Shown piece after piece: positions 1-12,469 of a stretch of DNA of 64,000 bases. Location of the stretch: contig NW_027141363.1 of the NCBI RefSeq assembly GCF_036365525.1, forward strand, positions 1,240,001 through 1,304,000, read 5' to 3'. The notes under the pieces were generated by a model. That model saw only the letters and a program-made list of their open reading frames with translations, searched no databases and was not told the origin of the DNA. A program made the position numbers and the translations under genes. The DNA is from Heterodontus francisci (lineage: Eukaryota). Every line of letters starts with the position of its first letter. Positions within the stretch are counted from its first letter, which is position 1.

Positions 1-3000
1 TGTGGGATCTTTCCCTGCAAATTTCCTACATGACAACAATGAGCACACTTTAAAATTCAGCTTCCTGAGGGTCTGAGTGTGGATTCCTTGGTGTTTTTAA
101 CAACAATTCTGTAAATCTGAGGGTGAAATGAAACATACGGCAGCCATTTTAGCTTGAGAGTCAGTTCGCAGAGTGGATTTCTCTATGAGTGAGAGGAACA
201 GGAGGGAGAGAGATGCAGGAGAGTGAGGGAATCAGAGGGGGAGAGGAGGGATTGCTGGCTGTTATCACACTGCTGCTTTTGGGATCTTGCTGTGTACAAA
301 TGCCCTGAACATTTCCTACATGACAACAATGAGAACACTTTAAAATTCAGCTTCCTGAGGGTCTGAGTGTGGATTCCTTGGTGTTTTTACAGGATTTCTC
401 TGAATCTGAGGGTGAAATGAAACATACGGCAGCCATTTTAGCTTGAGAGTCAGTTCGCAGAGTGGATTTCTCTCTCTGAGTGAGAGGAACAGGAGGGAGA
501 GAGACGCAGGAGACTGAGGGAATCAGAGGGGGAGAGGAGGGATTGCTTGCTGTTATCACACTGCTGCTTTTGGGATCTTGCTGTGTACAAATGCCCTGCA
601 CAATTTCCTACATGACAACAATGAGAACACTTTAAAATTCAGCTTCCTGAGGGTCTGAGTGTGGATTCCTCAGTGTTTTTACAAGAATTTTGTGAATCTG
701 AGCGTGAAATGAAACATACGGCAGCCATTTTAGCTTGAGTCAGTTCGCAGAGTGGATTTCTCTCTCTGAGTGAGAGGAACAGGAGGGAGAGAGACGCAGG
801 AGACTGAGGGAATCAGAAGGGGAGAGGAGGGATTGCTGGCTGTCATCATTTTGCTTCTTTTGGGATCTTGCTGTGTACAAATAGCCTGCAGAATTTTCCT
901 AAATGACAACAATGAGAACACTTTAAAATTCAGCTTCCTGAGGGTCTGAGTGTGGATTCCTGGGTGTTTTTAACAAGAATTCTCTGAATCTGAGGGTGAA
1001 ATGAAACATACGGCAGCCATTTTAGCTTGAGAGTCAGTTCGCAGAGTCGATTTCTCTCTCTGAGTGAGAGGAACAGGAGGGAGAGAGATGCAGGACAGTG
1101 AGGGAATCAGAAGGGGAGAGGAGGGATTGCTGGCTGTTATCATTTTGCTTCTTTTGGGATCTTGCTGTGTACAAATAGCCTGCACAGTTTCCCTACATGA
1201 CAACAATGAGAACACTTTAAAATTCAGCTTCCTGAGGGTCTGAGTGTGGATTCCTGGGTGTTTTTAACAAGAATTTTGTGAATCTGAGGGTGAAATGAAA
1301 CATACGGCAGCCATTTTAGCTTGAGAGTCAGTTCGCAGAGTGGATTTCTCTCTCTGAGTGAGAGGAACAGGAGGGAGAGAGATGCAGGAGAGTGAGGGTG
1401 TCAGAGGGGGAGAGGAGGGATTGCTGGCTGTTATCACACTGCTGCTTGTGGGATCTTGCTGTGTACAAATAGTTTGCAGAATTTTCCTACATGACAACAA
1501 TGAGAACACTTTAAAATTCAGCTTCCTGAGGGACTGAGTGTGGATTCCTCAGTGTTTTTACAAGAATTTTGAGAATCTGAGGGTGAAATTAAACATACGG
1601 CAGCCATTTTAGCTTGAGAGTGAGTTCGCAGCGTGGATTTCTCTCTCTCTGAGTGAGAGGAACAGGAGGGAGAGAGACGCAGGAGAGTGAGGGAATCAGA
1701 AGGGGAGAGGAGGGATTGCTGGCTGTTATCATTTTGCTTCTTTTGGGATCTTGCTGTGAACAAATGCCCTGCACAATTTTCCTACATGACAACAATGAGG
1801 ACACTTTAAAATTCAGCTTCCTGAGGGTCTGAGTGTGGATTCCTTGGTGTTTTTAACAACAATATTGTAAATCTGAAGGTGAAATGAAACATACGGCAGC
1901 CATTTTCGCTTCAGAGTCAGTTCGCAGAGTGGATTTCTCTCCCTCTCTGAGTGAGACAAACAGGAGAGTGAGGGAATCAGAGAGGGAGAGGAGGGATAGC
2001 TGGCTGTTATCACACTGCTGCTTGTGGGATCTTGCCCTGCAAATTTCCTACATGACAACAATGAGAACACTTTAAAATTCAGCTTCCTGAGGGTCTGAGT
2101 GTGGATTCCTTGGTGTTTTTAACAACAAATTTGTAAATCTGAGGGTGAAATGAAACATACGGCAGCCATTTTAGCTTGAGAGTGAGTTTGCAGAGTGGAT
2201 TTCTCCCTCTCAGTGTGAGGAACAGGAGGGAGAGTGATGCAGGAGAGTGAGGGAATCAGAAGGGGAGAGGAGGGATTGCTGGCTGTTATCATTTTGCTTC
2301 TTTTGGGATCTTGCTGTGTACAAATAGCCTGCACAGTTTCCCTACATGACAACAATGAGGACACTTTAAAATTCAGCTTCCTGAGGGTCTGAGTGTGGAT
2401 TCCTGGGTGTTTTTAACAACAAATTTGTAAATCTGAGGGTGAAATGAAACATACGGCAGCCATTTTAGCTTCAGAGTCAGTTCGCAGAGTGGATTTCTCT
2501 CTCTGAGTGAGAGGAAAAGGAGGGAGAGAGATGCAGGAGAGTGAGGGTGTCAGAGGGGGAGAGGAGGGATTGCTGGCTGTCATCATTTTGCTTCTTTTGG
2601 GATCTTGCTGTGTACAAATAGCCTGCAGAATTTTCCTAAATGACAACAATGAGAACACTTTAAAATTCAGCTTCCTGAGGGTCTGAGTGTGGATTCCTGG
2701 GTGTTTTTAACAAGAATTCTCTGAATCTGAGGGTGAAATGAAACATACGGCAGCCATTTTAGCTTGAGTCAGTTCGCAGAGTGGATTTCTCTCTCTGAGT
2801 GAGAGGAACAGGAGGGAGAGAGACGCAGGAGACTGAGGGAATCAGAAGGGGAGAGGAGGGATTGCTGGCTGTTATCATTTTGCTTCTTTTGGGATCTTGC
2901 TGTGTACAAATAGCCTGCAGAATTTTCCTAAATGACAACAATGAGAACACTTTAAAATTCTGCTTCCTGAGGGTCTGAGTGTGGATTCCTGGGTGTTTTT

Positions 3001-6000
3001 AACAAGAATTCTCTGAATCTGAGGGTGAAATGAAACATACGGCAGCCATTTTAGCTTGAGAGTCAGTTCGCAGAGTGGATTTCTCGCCCTCTCTGAGTGA
3101 GACGGACAGGCAGGAGAGTGAGGGAATCAGAGGGGGAGAGGAGGGATAGCTGCCTGTTATCACACTGCTGCTTTTGGGATCTTGCTGTGTACAAATGCCC
3201 TGAACATTTCCTACATGACAACAATGAGAACACTTTAACATTCAGCTTCCTGAGGGTTTGAGTGTGGATTCCTCAGTGTTTTTATCAAGAATTTGGTAAA
3301 TCTGAGGGTGACATGAAACATCCGGCAGCCATTTTAGCTTGAGAGTCAGTTCGCAGAGTGGATTTCTCTCCCTCTCTGAGTGAGATGAACAGGAGGGAGA
3401 GAGATGCAGGAGAGTGAGGGAATCAGAAGGGGAGAGGAGGGATAGCTGGCTGTTATCACACTGCTGCTTGTGGGATCTTGCTGTGTACAAAGAGCTTGCA
3501 GAATTTTCCTACATGACAACAATGAGAACACTTTAAAATTCATCTTCCTGAGGGTCTGAGTGTGGATTCCTGGGTGTTTTTAACAACAATTTTGTGAATC
3601 TGAGGGTGAAATGAAACATACGGCAGCCATTTTAGCTTGAGAGTCAGTTCGCAGAGTGGATTTCTCTCTCTGAGTGAGAGGAACAGGAGGGAGAGAGATG
3701 CAGGACAGTGAGGGAATCAGAAGGGGAGAGGAGGGATTGCTGGCTGTTATCATTTTGCTTCTTTTGGGATCTTGCTGTGTACAAATAGCCTGCACAGTTT
3801 CCCTGCATGACAACAATGAGAACACTTTAAAATTCAGCTTCCTGAGGGTCTGAGTGTGGATTCCTGGGTGTTTTTAACAAGAATTTTGTGAATCTGAGGG
3901 TGAAATGAAACATACGGCAGCCATTTTAGCTTGAGAGTCAGTTCGCAGAGTGGATTTCTCTCTCTGAGTGAGAGGAACAGGAGGGAGAGAGATGCAGGAG
4001 AGTGAGGGTGTCAGAGGGGGAGAGGAGGGATTGCTGGCTGTTATCACACTGCTGCTTGTGGGATCTTGCTGTGTACAAATAGTTTGCAGAATTTTCCTAC
4101 ATGACAACAATGAGAACACTTTAAAATTCAGCTTCCTGAGGGACTGAGTGTGGATTCCTCAGTGTTTTTACAAGAATTTTGAGAATCTGAGGGTGAAATG
4201 AAACATACGGCAGCCATTTTAGCTTGAGAGTCAGTTCGCAGAGTGGATTTCTCTCTCTGAGTGAGAGGAACAGGAGGGAGAGAGACGCAGGAGAGTGAGG
4301 GAATCAGAGCGGGAGAGGGGGGATAGCTGGCTGCTATCAGACTGCTGCTTGTGGGATCTTGCTGTGTACAAAAGCCCTGAACATTTCCTACATGACAACA
4401 ATGACAACACTTTAAAATTTAGCTTCCTGAGGGTCTGAGTGTGGATTCCTCAGTGTTTTTACAAGAATTTTGTGAATCTGAGGGTGAAATGAAACATACG
4501 GCAGCCATTTTAGCTTGAGAGTCAGTTCGCAGAGTGGATTTCTCACTCTGAGTGAGAGGAACAGGAGGGAGAGAGACGCAGGAGAGTGAGGGAATCAGAG
4601 GGGGAGAGGAGGGATAGCTGGCTGCTATCACACTGCTGCTTTTGGGATCTTGCTGTGTACAAATCTCCTGTTGCATTTCCTACATGACAACAATGAGAAC
4701 ACTTTAAAATTCAGCTTCCTGAGGGTCTGAGTGTGGATTCCTCAGTGTTTTTAAAATAATTCTCCGAATCTGAGGGTGAAATGAAACATACGGCAGCCAT
4801 TTTAGCTTGAGAGTCAGTTCGCAGAGTGGATTTCTCTCTCTGAGTGAGAGGAACAGGAGGGAGAGTGATGCAGGAGAGTGAGGGAATCAGAAGGGGAGAG
4901 GAGGGATAGCTGGCTGTTATCATTTTACTTCTTTTGGGATCTTGCTGTGTACAAATAGCCTGAACAATTTTCCTACATGACAACAATGAGAACACTTTAA
5001 AATTCAGCTTCCTGAGGGTCTGAGTGTGGATTCCTCAGTGTTTTTAACAAGAATTTTGTGAATCTGAGGGTGAAATGAAACGTACGGCAGCCATTTACGC
5101 TTCAGAGTCAGTTCGCAGAGTGGATTTCTCTCTCTCTCGCTCTGAGACTAACAGGAGGGAGAGAGACGCAGGAGAGTGAGGGAATCAGAGTGGAAGAGGA
5201 GGGATAGCTGGCTGTTATCACACTGCTGCTTTTGGGATCTTGCTGTGTACAAAGAGCTTGCAGAATTTTCCTACATGACAACAATGAGAACACTTTAAAA
5301 TTCATCTTCCTGAGGGTCTGAGTGTGGATTCCTTGGTGTTTTTAACAACAATTTTGTAAATCTGAGGGTGAAATGAAACATACGGCAGCCATTTTAGCTT
5401 GAGAGTCAGTTCGCAGAGTGGATTTCTCTCTCTGAGTGAGAGGAAAAGGAGGGAGAGAGACGCAGGAGAGTGAGGGAATCAGAGCGGGAGAGGGGGGATA
5501 GCTGGCTGCTGTCAGACTGCTGCTTGTGGGATCTTGCTGTGTACAAAAGCCCTGAACATTTCCTACATGACAACAATGAGAACACTTTAAAATTCAGCTT
5601 CCTGAGGGTCTGAGTGTGGATTCCTGGGTGTTTTTAACAACAATTTTGTGAATCTGAGGGTGAAATGAAACATACGGCAGCCATTTTAGCTTGAGAGTCA
5701 GTTCGCAGAGTGGATTTCTCTCTCTGAGTGAGAGGAACAGGAGGGAGAGAGATGCAGGAGAGTGAGGGTGTCAGAGGGGGAGAGGAGGGATTGCTGGCTG
5801 TTATCACACTGCTGCTTGTGGGATCTTGCTGTGTACAAAGAGTTTGCAGAATTTTCCTACATGACAACAATGAGAACACTTTAAAATTCAGCTTCCTGAG
5901 GGACTGAGTGTGGATTCCTCAGTGTTTTTACAAGAATTTTGAGAATCTGAGGGTGAAATTAAACATACGGCAGCCATTTTAGCTTGAGAGTCAGTTCGCA

Positions 6001-8726
6001 GAGTGGATTTCTCTCTCTGAGTGAGAGGAACAGGAGGGAGAGAGACGCAGGAGAGTGAGGGAATCAGAAGGGGAGAGGAGGGATTGCTGGCTGTTATCAT
6101 TTTGCTTCTTTTGGGATCTTGCTGTGAACAAATAGCCTGCACAATTTTCCTACATGACAACAATGAGGACACTTTAAAATTCAGCTTCCTGAGGGTCTGA
6201 GTGTGGATTCCTTGGTGTTTTTAACAACAATATTGTAAATCTGAAGGTGAAATGAAACATACGGCAGCCATTTTAGCTTGAGAGTCAGTTCGCAGAGTGG
6301 ATTTCTCTCCCTCTCTGAGTGAGAGGAACAGGAGAGTGAGGGAATCAGAGAGGGAGAGGAGGGATAGCTGGCTGTTATCACACTGCTGCTTGTGGGATCT
6401 TGCCCTGCAAATTTCCTACATGACAACAATGAGCACACTTTAAAATTCAGCTTCCTGAGGGTCTGAGTGTGGATTCCTTGGTGTTTTTAAAAAGAATTCT
6501 CCCAATCTGAGGGTGAAATGAAATATACGGCAGCCATTTTAGCTTGAGAGTCAGTTCGCAGAGTGGATTTCTCTCACTGAGTGAGACAAAGAAAAGGGAG
6601 AGAGATGCAGGAGAGTGAGGGAATCAGAAGGGGAGAGGAGGGATTGCTGGCTGTTATCATTTTGCTTCTTTTGGGATCTTGCTGTGTACAAATTGCCTGC
6701 ACAATTTTCCTACATGACAACAATGAGAACACTTTAAAATTCAGCTTCCTGAGGGTCTGAGTGTGGATTCCTTGGTGTTTTTAAAAAGAATTCTCCCAAT
6801 CTGAGGGTGAAATGAAATATACGGCAGCCATTTTAGCTTGAGAGTGAGTTCGCAGAGTGGATTTCTCTCTCTGAGTGAGAGGAACAGGAGGGAGAGAGAT
6901 GCAGGAGAGTGAGGGTGTCAGAGGGGGAGAGGAGGGATTACTGGCTGTTATCACACTGCTGCTTGTGGGATCTTGCTGTGTACAAATAGTTTGCAGAATT
7001 TTCCTACATGACAACAATGAGAACACTTTAAAATTCAGCTTCCTGAGGGTCTGAGTGTGGATTCCTGGGTGTTTTAACAACAATTTTGTGAATCTGAGGG
7101 TGAAATGAAACATACGGCAGCCATTTTAGCTTGAGAGTCAGTTCGCAGAGTGGATTTCTCTCTCTGAGTGAGAGGAACAGGAGGGAGAGAGATGCAGGAC
7201 AGTGAGGGAATCAGAAGGGGAGAGGAGGGATTGCTGGCTGTTATCATTTTGCTTCTTTTGGGATCTTGCTGTGTACAAATAGCCTGCACAGTTTCCCTAC
7301 ATGACAACAATGAGAACACTTTAAAATTCAGCTTCCTGAGGGTCTGAGTGTGGATTCCTCGGTGTTTTTAACAACAATTTTGTGAATCTGAGGGTGAAAT
7401 GAAACATACTGCAGCCATTTTAGCTTCAGACCGAGTTCACAGAGTGGATTTCTCTCTCTGAGTGAGAGGAACAGGAGGGAGAGAGATGCAGGAGAGTGAG
7501 GGAATCAGAGGGGGAGAAGAGGGATAGCTGGCTGTTATCACACTGCTGCTTGTGGGATCTTGCTGTGTACAAATGCCCTGCACATTTCCTACATGACAAC
7601 AATGAGAACACTTTAAAATTCTGCCTCCTGAGGGACTGAGTGTGGGTTCCTTGTTGTTTTTAACAACAATTTTGGAAATCTGAGGGTGAAATGAAACATC
7701 CGGCAGCCATTTTAGCTTGAGAGTCAGTTCGCAGAGTGGATTTCTCTCCCTCTCTGAGTGAGACAAACAGGAGGGAGAGAGATGCAGGAGAGTGAGGGAA
7801 TCAGAGAGGGAGAGGAGGGATAGCTGGCTGTTATCACACTGCTGCTTGTGGGATCTTGCCCTGCACATTTCCTACATGACAACAATGAGAACACTTTAAA
7901 ATTCAGCTTTCTGAGGGTCTGAGTGTGGATTCCTCAGTGTTTTTATCAAGAATTTGGTAAATCTGAGGGTGACATGAAACATCCGGCAGCCATTTTAGCT
8001 TGAGAGTCAGTTCGCAGAGTGGATTTCTCTCCCTCTCTGAGTGAGATGAACAGGAGGGAGAGAGACGCAGGAGAGTGAGGGAATCAGAAGGGGAGAGGAG
8101 GGATAGCTGGCTGTTATCATTTTACTTCTTTTGGGATCTTGCTGTGTACAAATAGCCTGAACAATTTTCCTACATGACAACAATGAGAACACTTTAAAAT
8201 TCAGCTTCCTGAGGGTCTGAGTGTGGATTCCTTGGTGTTTTTAACAACAATATTGTAAATCTGAGGGTGAAATGAAACATACGGCAGCCATTTTAGCTTG
8301 AGAGTCAGTTCGCAGAGTGGATTTCTCTCTGAGTGAGAGGAACAGGAGGGAGAGAGATGCAGGAGAGTGAGGGCGTCAGAGGGGGAGAGTAGGAATAGCT
8401 GGCTGTTATCACACTGCTGCTTGTGGGATCTTGCTGTGTACAAAGAGCTTGCAGAATTTTCCAACATGACAACAATGAGAACACTTTAAAATTCAGCTTC
8501 CTGAGGGTCTGAGTGTGGATTCCTCAGTGTTTTTATCAAGAATTTTGTAAATCTGAGGGTGACATGAAACATCCGGCAGCCATTTTAACTTGAGAGTCAG
8601 TTCGCAGAGTGGATTTCTCTCTCTGAGCGAGAGGAACAGGAGGGAGAGAGATGCAGGAGAGTGAGGGAATCAGAGGGGGAGAAGAGGGATAGCTGGCTGT
8701 TATCACACTGCTGCTTGTGGGATCTT
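1..8726. repeat. ~292-bp satellite array (about 30 monomers, cut off by the window start)
   Basis: The monomer TTTAAAATTCAGCTTCCTGAGGGTCTGAGTGTGGATTCC...CATACGGCAGCCATTTTAGCTTGAG...GGGATCTTGCTGTGTACAAAT...CATGACAACAATGAGAACAC recurs every ~270-298 bp. The array ends abruptly at GGGATCTT|TAATAG (8726). Confidence 0.97.
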
Positions 8727-10234
8727 TAATAGTCAAAATACACACACACAGCAGTGCAATTTGTTGTACTTTTAAATGGTGAGACAGAAATATTTCATAG
8801 CTATTTTCAGTTAACATCACATATGAGATAGAAGGACAAAAACAGATATGGACAGAGAGAGAGAGAGAGACAGGAGAGAGAGAGAGATACAGAGCCAGAC
8901 ACACACTGGTGGAGGGAACTGTCTGAACCCTTTTAGTCTCTGGTTTATTAGCTGTGATTTGTTTGTATTTGCGTGCTGCTGAGAGAGTGTCTGTGTAACC
9001 AAAGTCAATTCCTGGGTTCTTGCTGTGATATTTTCTTTAACAATGCCTTTTAATCAATTTTCTCTCTCTCTTGCCTTAGGAATTTTCACTCACACACACA
9101 CACACACACACAGATTTTACATTCCATACTGATGTTAGTAAAACTGGCCAACAGAAGCTCAGTAACAATCCCCAGTGTCTGCCCAGTCCTGAGAGAGAGA
9201 TATAGGGAGTGACAGAGAGAGAGAGAGAGAGAGAGACAGTGGAAGAGGGAATACAAAACAGCTTGTAGGAGAAACTTGACATTTATTTGTGTTCCACAGA
9301 TTTTATTAAAAAGTTGCAAGGGACTAGACACTGCAAAAGCTGTCAGTGCACAACAACAAGAAGAAGCCTGAGAGACTTTAGAAGTGGGAGAAGGGGGGGG
9401 AGAAACTTTAAAATCCACACTGATGTCAGTTAAAAATCCCCAAACACAACCTCAGTATTAATCCCCATTATCTGCTCAGTCCTGTCTTGTGGGGTTTAGT
9501 GTCAAGGTTTTTAGTGGGTGAGAGTGTTGGATCAGTCTTTCCAATTTTCAAACAGCAAGGAAAGAGTTAAAGGTTTTAAAGTGAACTAAGAGATAGCTGA
9601 AAGCAATTGCTGTGCTGGGATTAACATATGAAAGGACTGGAAGAGTCAGGAAGGTTCTGTCCTGGGATTAACATATCAATGGACAGGCTCTAGCAGGCAG
9701 AGAGATTGAGAGACAGCCCAGCAGTCTGTTTCAGTGTGAGGTGAGGGTGAGGGGGAGATCTCTCTCTCTCTCTCTCAATCTGCTTTATAAACTGTGATTT
9801 GATTCAGTTTGAATATTGCTGATGTCTCTGGAACTGAGAGAGGAAACCCTGGGCTCTTGCTGTGCGAATTCGTTTTAAAATGTCCTCGCTTTGGATTTAA
9901 AATGCAATGTGTTTTTTTTATTTTTGTTTCTCTCTCTTTCCTTCTTTGCCTGGAGGAATTTTCATGGTGAAAACTGCATGGTGAAGGTGGAAAGAGGGAA
10001 AGTTTGGCGATGAGCAATCCCTTGGACAGGACCTTCCTGCAGAGGGGACAGAGTGAGGCCTTGTCCACAGGCTGCAGCCCAGTGGCTCCACGTGAGTTGT
10101 GTCGCTTTGTATCAGCGGCCCAGCTTTCATTTTCCTCTCTGGGGCAGCGAGGAAATGAAACCTGGGCAAAGGTGAAGGTGTCTAAAGGCTTGTTTCAATT
10201 GCCCCAATAAAGCTGCTGTTTGTGGGCAGTGCCT

Positions 10235-10520
10235 TGAACCGGAGGCTGAAATGAAACGTTCAGCAGTCATTTTAACCTGACAGTGAGTTGGGAGAGTGGA
10301 TTTCTCTCTCTCTCTCTGAGTGGAGTGAGTGAGTGAGTGAGTGAGAGAGAGGCAGGAGAGTGAGAGAAACATGGATGGAATCAGAGGAGTGGAGGGAGTG
10401 AGTGAGGGAGGAAGGGAGGGGGGTAGCTGCCTGTTATCACACTGCTGCTTGTGGCATGTTACTGTTCACAAACAGCCTGCAGCTTTTCTAACATTGTAAT
10501 AGTGACAAGCACTTGAAAAA
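10235..10520 (+). repeat. Single diverged monomer of the 292-bp satellite
   Basis: Collinear with the satellite monomer but with many substitutions: TGAAATGAAACGTTCAGCAGTCATTTTAAC...GAGAGTGGATTTCTCTCTC...TAGCTGCCTGTTATCACACTGCTGCTTGTGG...ACAAACAGCCTGCAG. Confidence 0.85.
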
Positions 10521-10529
10521 ATTAAAAGA

Positions 10530-10660
10530 TTCAACAACAACCTCAGCAGGATAAACAGCAACAAATGCAAGAACAACTTCAACAGGGAAAACAGCAACAA
10601 AGTCAACAACAACTTCAGCAGGAGAAAAAAACAACAAATTCAACAACAACTTCAGCAGGA
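10530..10660 (+). repeat. CAA-rich minisatellite (CAACAACAACTTCAGCAGG...)
   Basis: Several imperfect ~35-bp units. The copy in the second cassette is about one unit (36 bp) shorter. Confidence 0.75.
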
Positions 10661-10799
10661 TCTGCACGTTGTCTGTTCGTGGGATCTTGCCTTGTAGAAA
10701 CTGGCTGCCACACTTGCTGCATTACAGCAGTGGCTGTACTTCGAAACAGTAGCAAAGAATATGGGAATAGCAAAACATATGAGATTAGCAAAACTGTGA

Positions 10800-11100
10800 G
10801 ATCTTGGGCTTCATAAATAGAGGCACTGCCTACAAAATATGGGAAGTTATGCTGAATCTTTATAAAGCTCTAGTTGGGCCACAACTGGACAATTGCATCC
10901 AGTTCTGCACACCACACTTTAGGAAGGAGGTGAGTTTCCTTGAGAGGGTGTGGAGGAGATTTACCAATATGGTTCCGGGGATAGGGGATTTTAATTACAA
11001 GGTTAGGTTGGAAAACCTGGAGAAAATGAGATTGAGTGGAGACCTGATAGAGGTGTACAAGATTGTGACAGGTTTAGATGAGGATCACAAAGGAAAGCTG
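10800..11100 (+). mobile_element. CR1-clade LINE, ORF2 C-terminal fragment
   Basis: The translation GFINRGTAYK..EVMLNLYKALVGPQLDNCIQFCTPHFRKEVSFLERVWRRFTNMVPG..RLSGDLIEVYKI matches the typical CR1 ORF2 C-terminus (LYKALVRPHLEYC...LERVQRRFT...RGDLIEVYKI). Confidence 0.85.
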
Positions 11101-11184
11101 CTCCTCACCCAGGAGTCAGTTCCCCAGTTCCACTGACTAGTCCCACAGTGTTGGTGTTCCTGCTCCTCGCTCCAGCTGCAGGGA

Positions 11185-11690
11185 AGTTACAGCACAGAAA
11201 CAGACCATTCGGCCAGACACGTCCATGCAGGCCTTTTTGGTCCACACGAACGTCGTTCCACGCCCACTTCATCTCGCCACAAGCCACATCTCCTTCTGTT
11301 CCTCTCTCCCTCATGTCCTATGCAGCTTCCCCACCCCCACCCCCCAGCTTAAATACATCTTGCCTATTCCCCTCAGCCTGTGGTAATGAGTTCCACATTC
11401 TCCCCACTCTCTGGGTGAAGATGTTTCTCCCGAATTCCCAATTGGATTTATTGGTGACTGTCTTATATTGATGACCCCTCCCCCTTTTTCTGGACTCACC
11501 CGCAAATGGAAAAAATCTTCTCTACATTTAACTGATCAAAACCACTTTCATAATCTTAAAGAGCTCTATCAGGTCACTCCTCAGCCTTCTCTTTTCTGGA
11601 GAAAAGAGCCCCAGTCTGTTCAGTCTTTTCCTGATCATTATAACCTCTCAGTTCTGATATCATCCTTGAACATCTTTCTGTGTCTTCTTC
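11185..11690 (-). mobile_element. CR1-clade LINE 3' fragment (antisense)
   Basis: Reverse complement of the CR1 3' region: ACAGCACAGAAACAGACCATTCGGCC, GAGTTCCACATTCTCCCCACTCTCTGGGTGAAG, CTCTATCAGGTCACTCCTCAGCCTTCT. Confidence 0.75.
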
Positions 11691-11777
11691 ATGTCGAAGA
11701 CATGTTCACACTGCAATAGATAAACCAAACAGGATACAGAGCTGCAGGCTTTTATCTGAAACAGGTGTTTCTGTTGG

Positions 11778-11816
11778 TGTTTTTGTTGAACTGCTCCATC
11801 TCTCTGAGTCACTGTG
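11778..11816 (-). other. 23-RSS of TRBV segment V1 (CACAGTG-23 bp-ACAAAAACA)
   Basis: Heptamer 11810-11816, 23-bp spacer 11787-11809, nonamer 11778-11786, immediately after the codons for CAWSQ. Confidence 0.95.
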
Positions 11817-12112
11817 CTGACTCCAGGCACAGAAATACAGCGCCGAGCGATTCTCCTGCAGGCTGGAGGACTCCAGGTTGAACTGGGAACCAGTCGGTCG
11901 TTTGGCAGTGAAACCCTCCACCGTCCCCTCTGAGTTCACACTTGGTGTAACTGCGGAGTAAAACATCAGCCGCAGCTCCTTCCCCAGGTCCTGTCTGTAC
12001 CAGAACATGTAACCGCTACTCTGGCCCTCCACACGGCACTCCAGTCCCACTCCCTCCCCAGGAAATCTGGAGACGGCGGTGGGAGTCTGGTGGACCCTCG
12101 CTGAGATCGCGC
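11817..12112 (-). CDS. TRBV: T-cell receptor beta variable segment V1, V exon (CAWS-type, TRBV30-like)
   Basis: After the acceptor TTCCTTCAG: AISARVHQTPTAVSRFPGEGVGLECRVEGQSSGYMFWYRQDLGKELRLMFYS...FNLESSSLQENRSALYFCAWSQ. It has the Ig V-set Cys, WYRQ and YxC motifs, an open frame and a 23-RSS. Confidence 0.92.
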
Positions 12113-12272
12113 CTGAAGGAAGAGACCGGGAGAGAAGAAGGTCAGTGAACAGGGACAATCTGGGATGTGAAGAATTAAGGAACGAGAGAACGATAGAGAG
12201 AAAGAAAATAAGAAAGACAGCTGTTGACACAAATAATGGGGGTGTGGGGTGGTGGTGAGAAAGATCCCTTAC

Positions 12273-12309
12273 TTTGAAATAAGACCATGAGACTCAGTAA
12301 CAGATACAT
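12273..12309 (-). CDS. TRBV: Leader exon of V1 (MYLLLSLMVLFQ)
   Basis: ATG at 12309, hydrophobic peptide and phase-1 donor A|GTAAG. It splices in frame to the V exon across a 160-bp intron. Confidence 0.85.
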
Positions 12310-12469
12310 CTTTCACTGGAAGCTGAACCTGCAATTGGGAAATCAGTGGAAAGAAGAGAGTTGAGTCTTGTGAGAAGCCACATGAAGACTCAAGCAAGTG
12401 ATTGAGGTTTGCCCAACACCTCCCTCCCTGATGGGGAACCCACGCCCCTCTCTCTACCATTGGCTGCCA

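Noticed and set aside
347-8904. Dozens of similar 60-110 aa ORFs (CTQQDPK...KMAAVCFISPSD), also at 36300-54960
   Set aside because: They come from satellite monomers, with frequent frameshifts between copies and no recognisable domain.
12113-12230. Hydrophobic N-terminus in the ORF track suggesting an intronless V1 (likewise 14895-14961 for V2)
   Set aside because: These ORFs start at non-ATG codons inside pyrimidine-rich introns. True ATG leader exons with phase-1 donors exist upstream.
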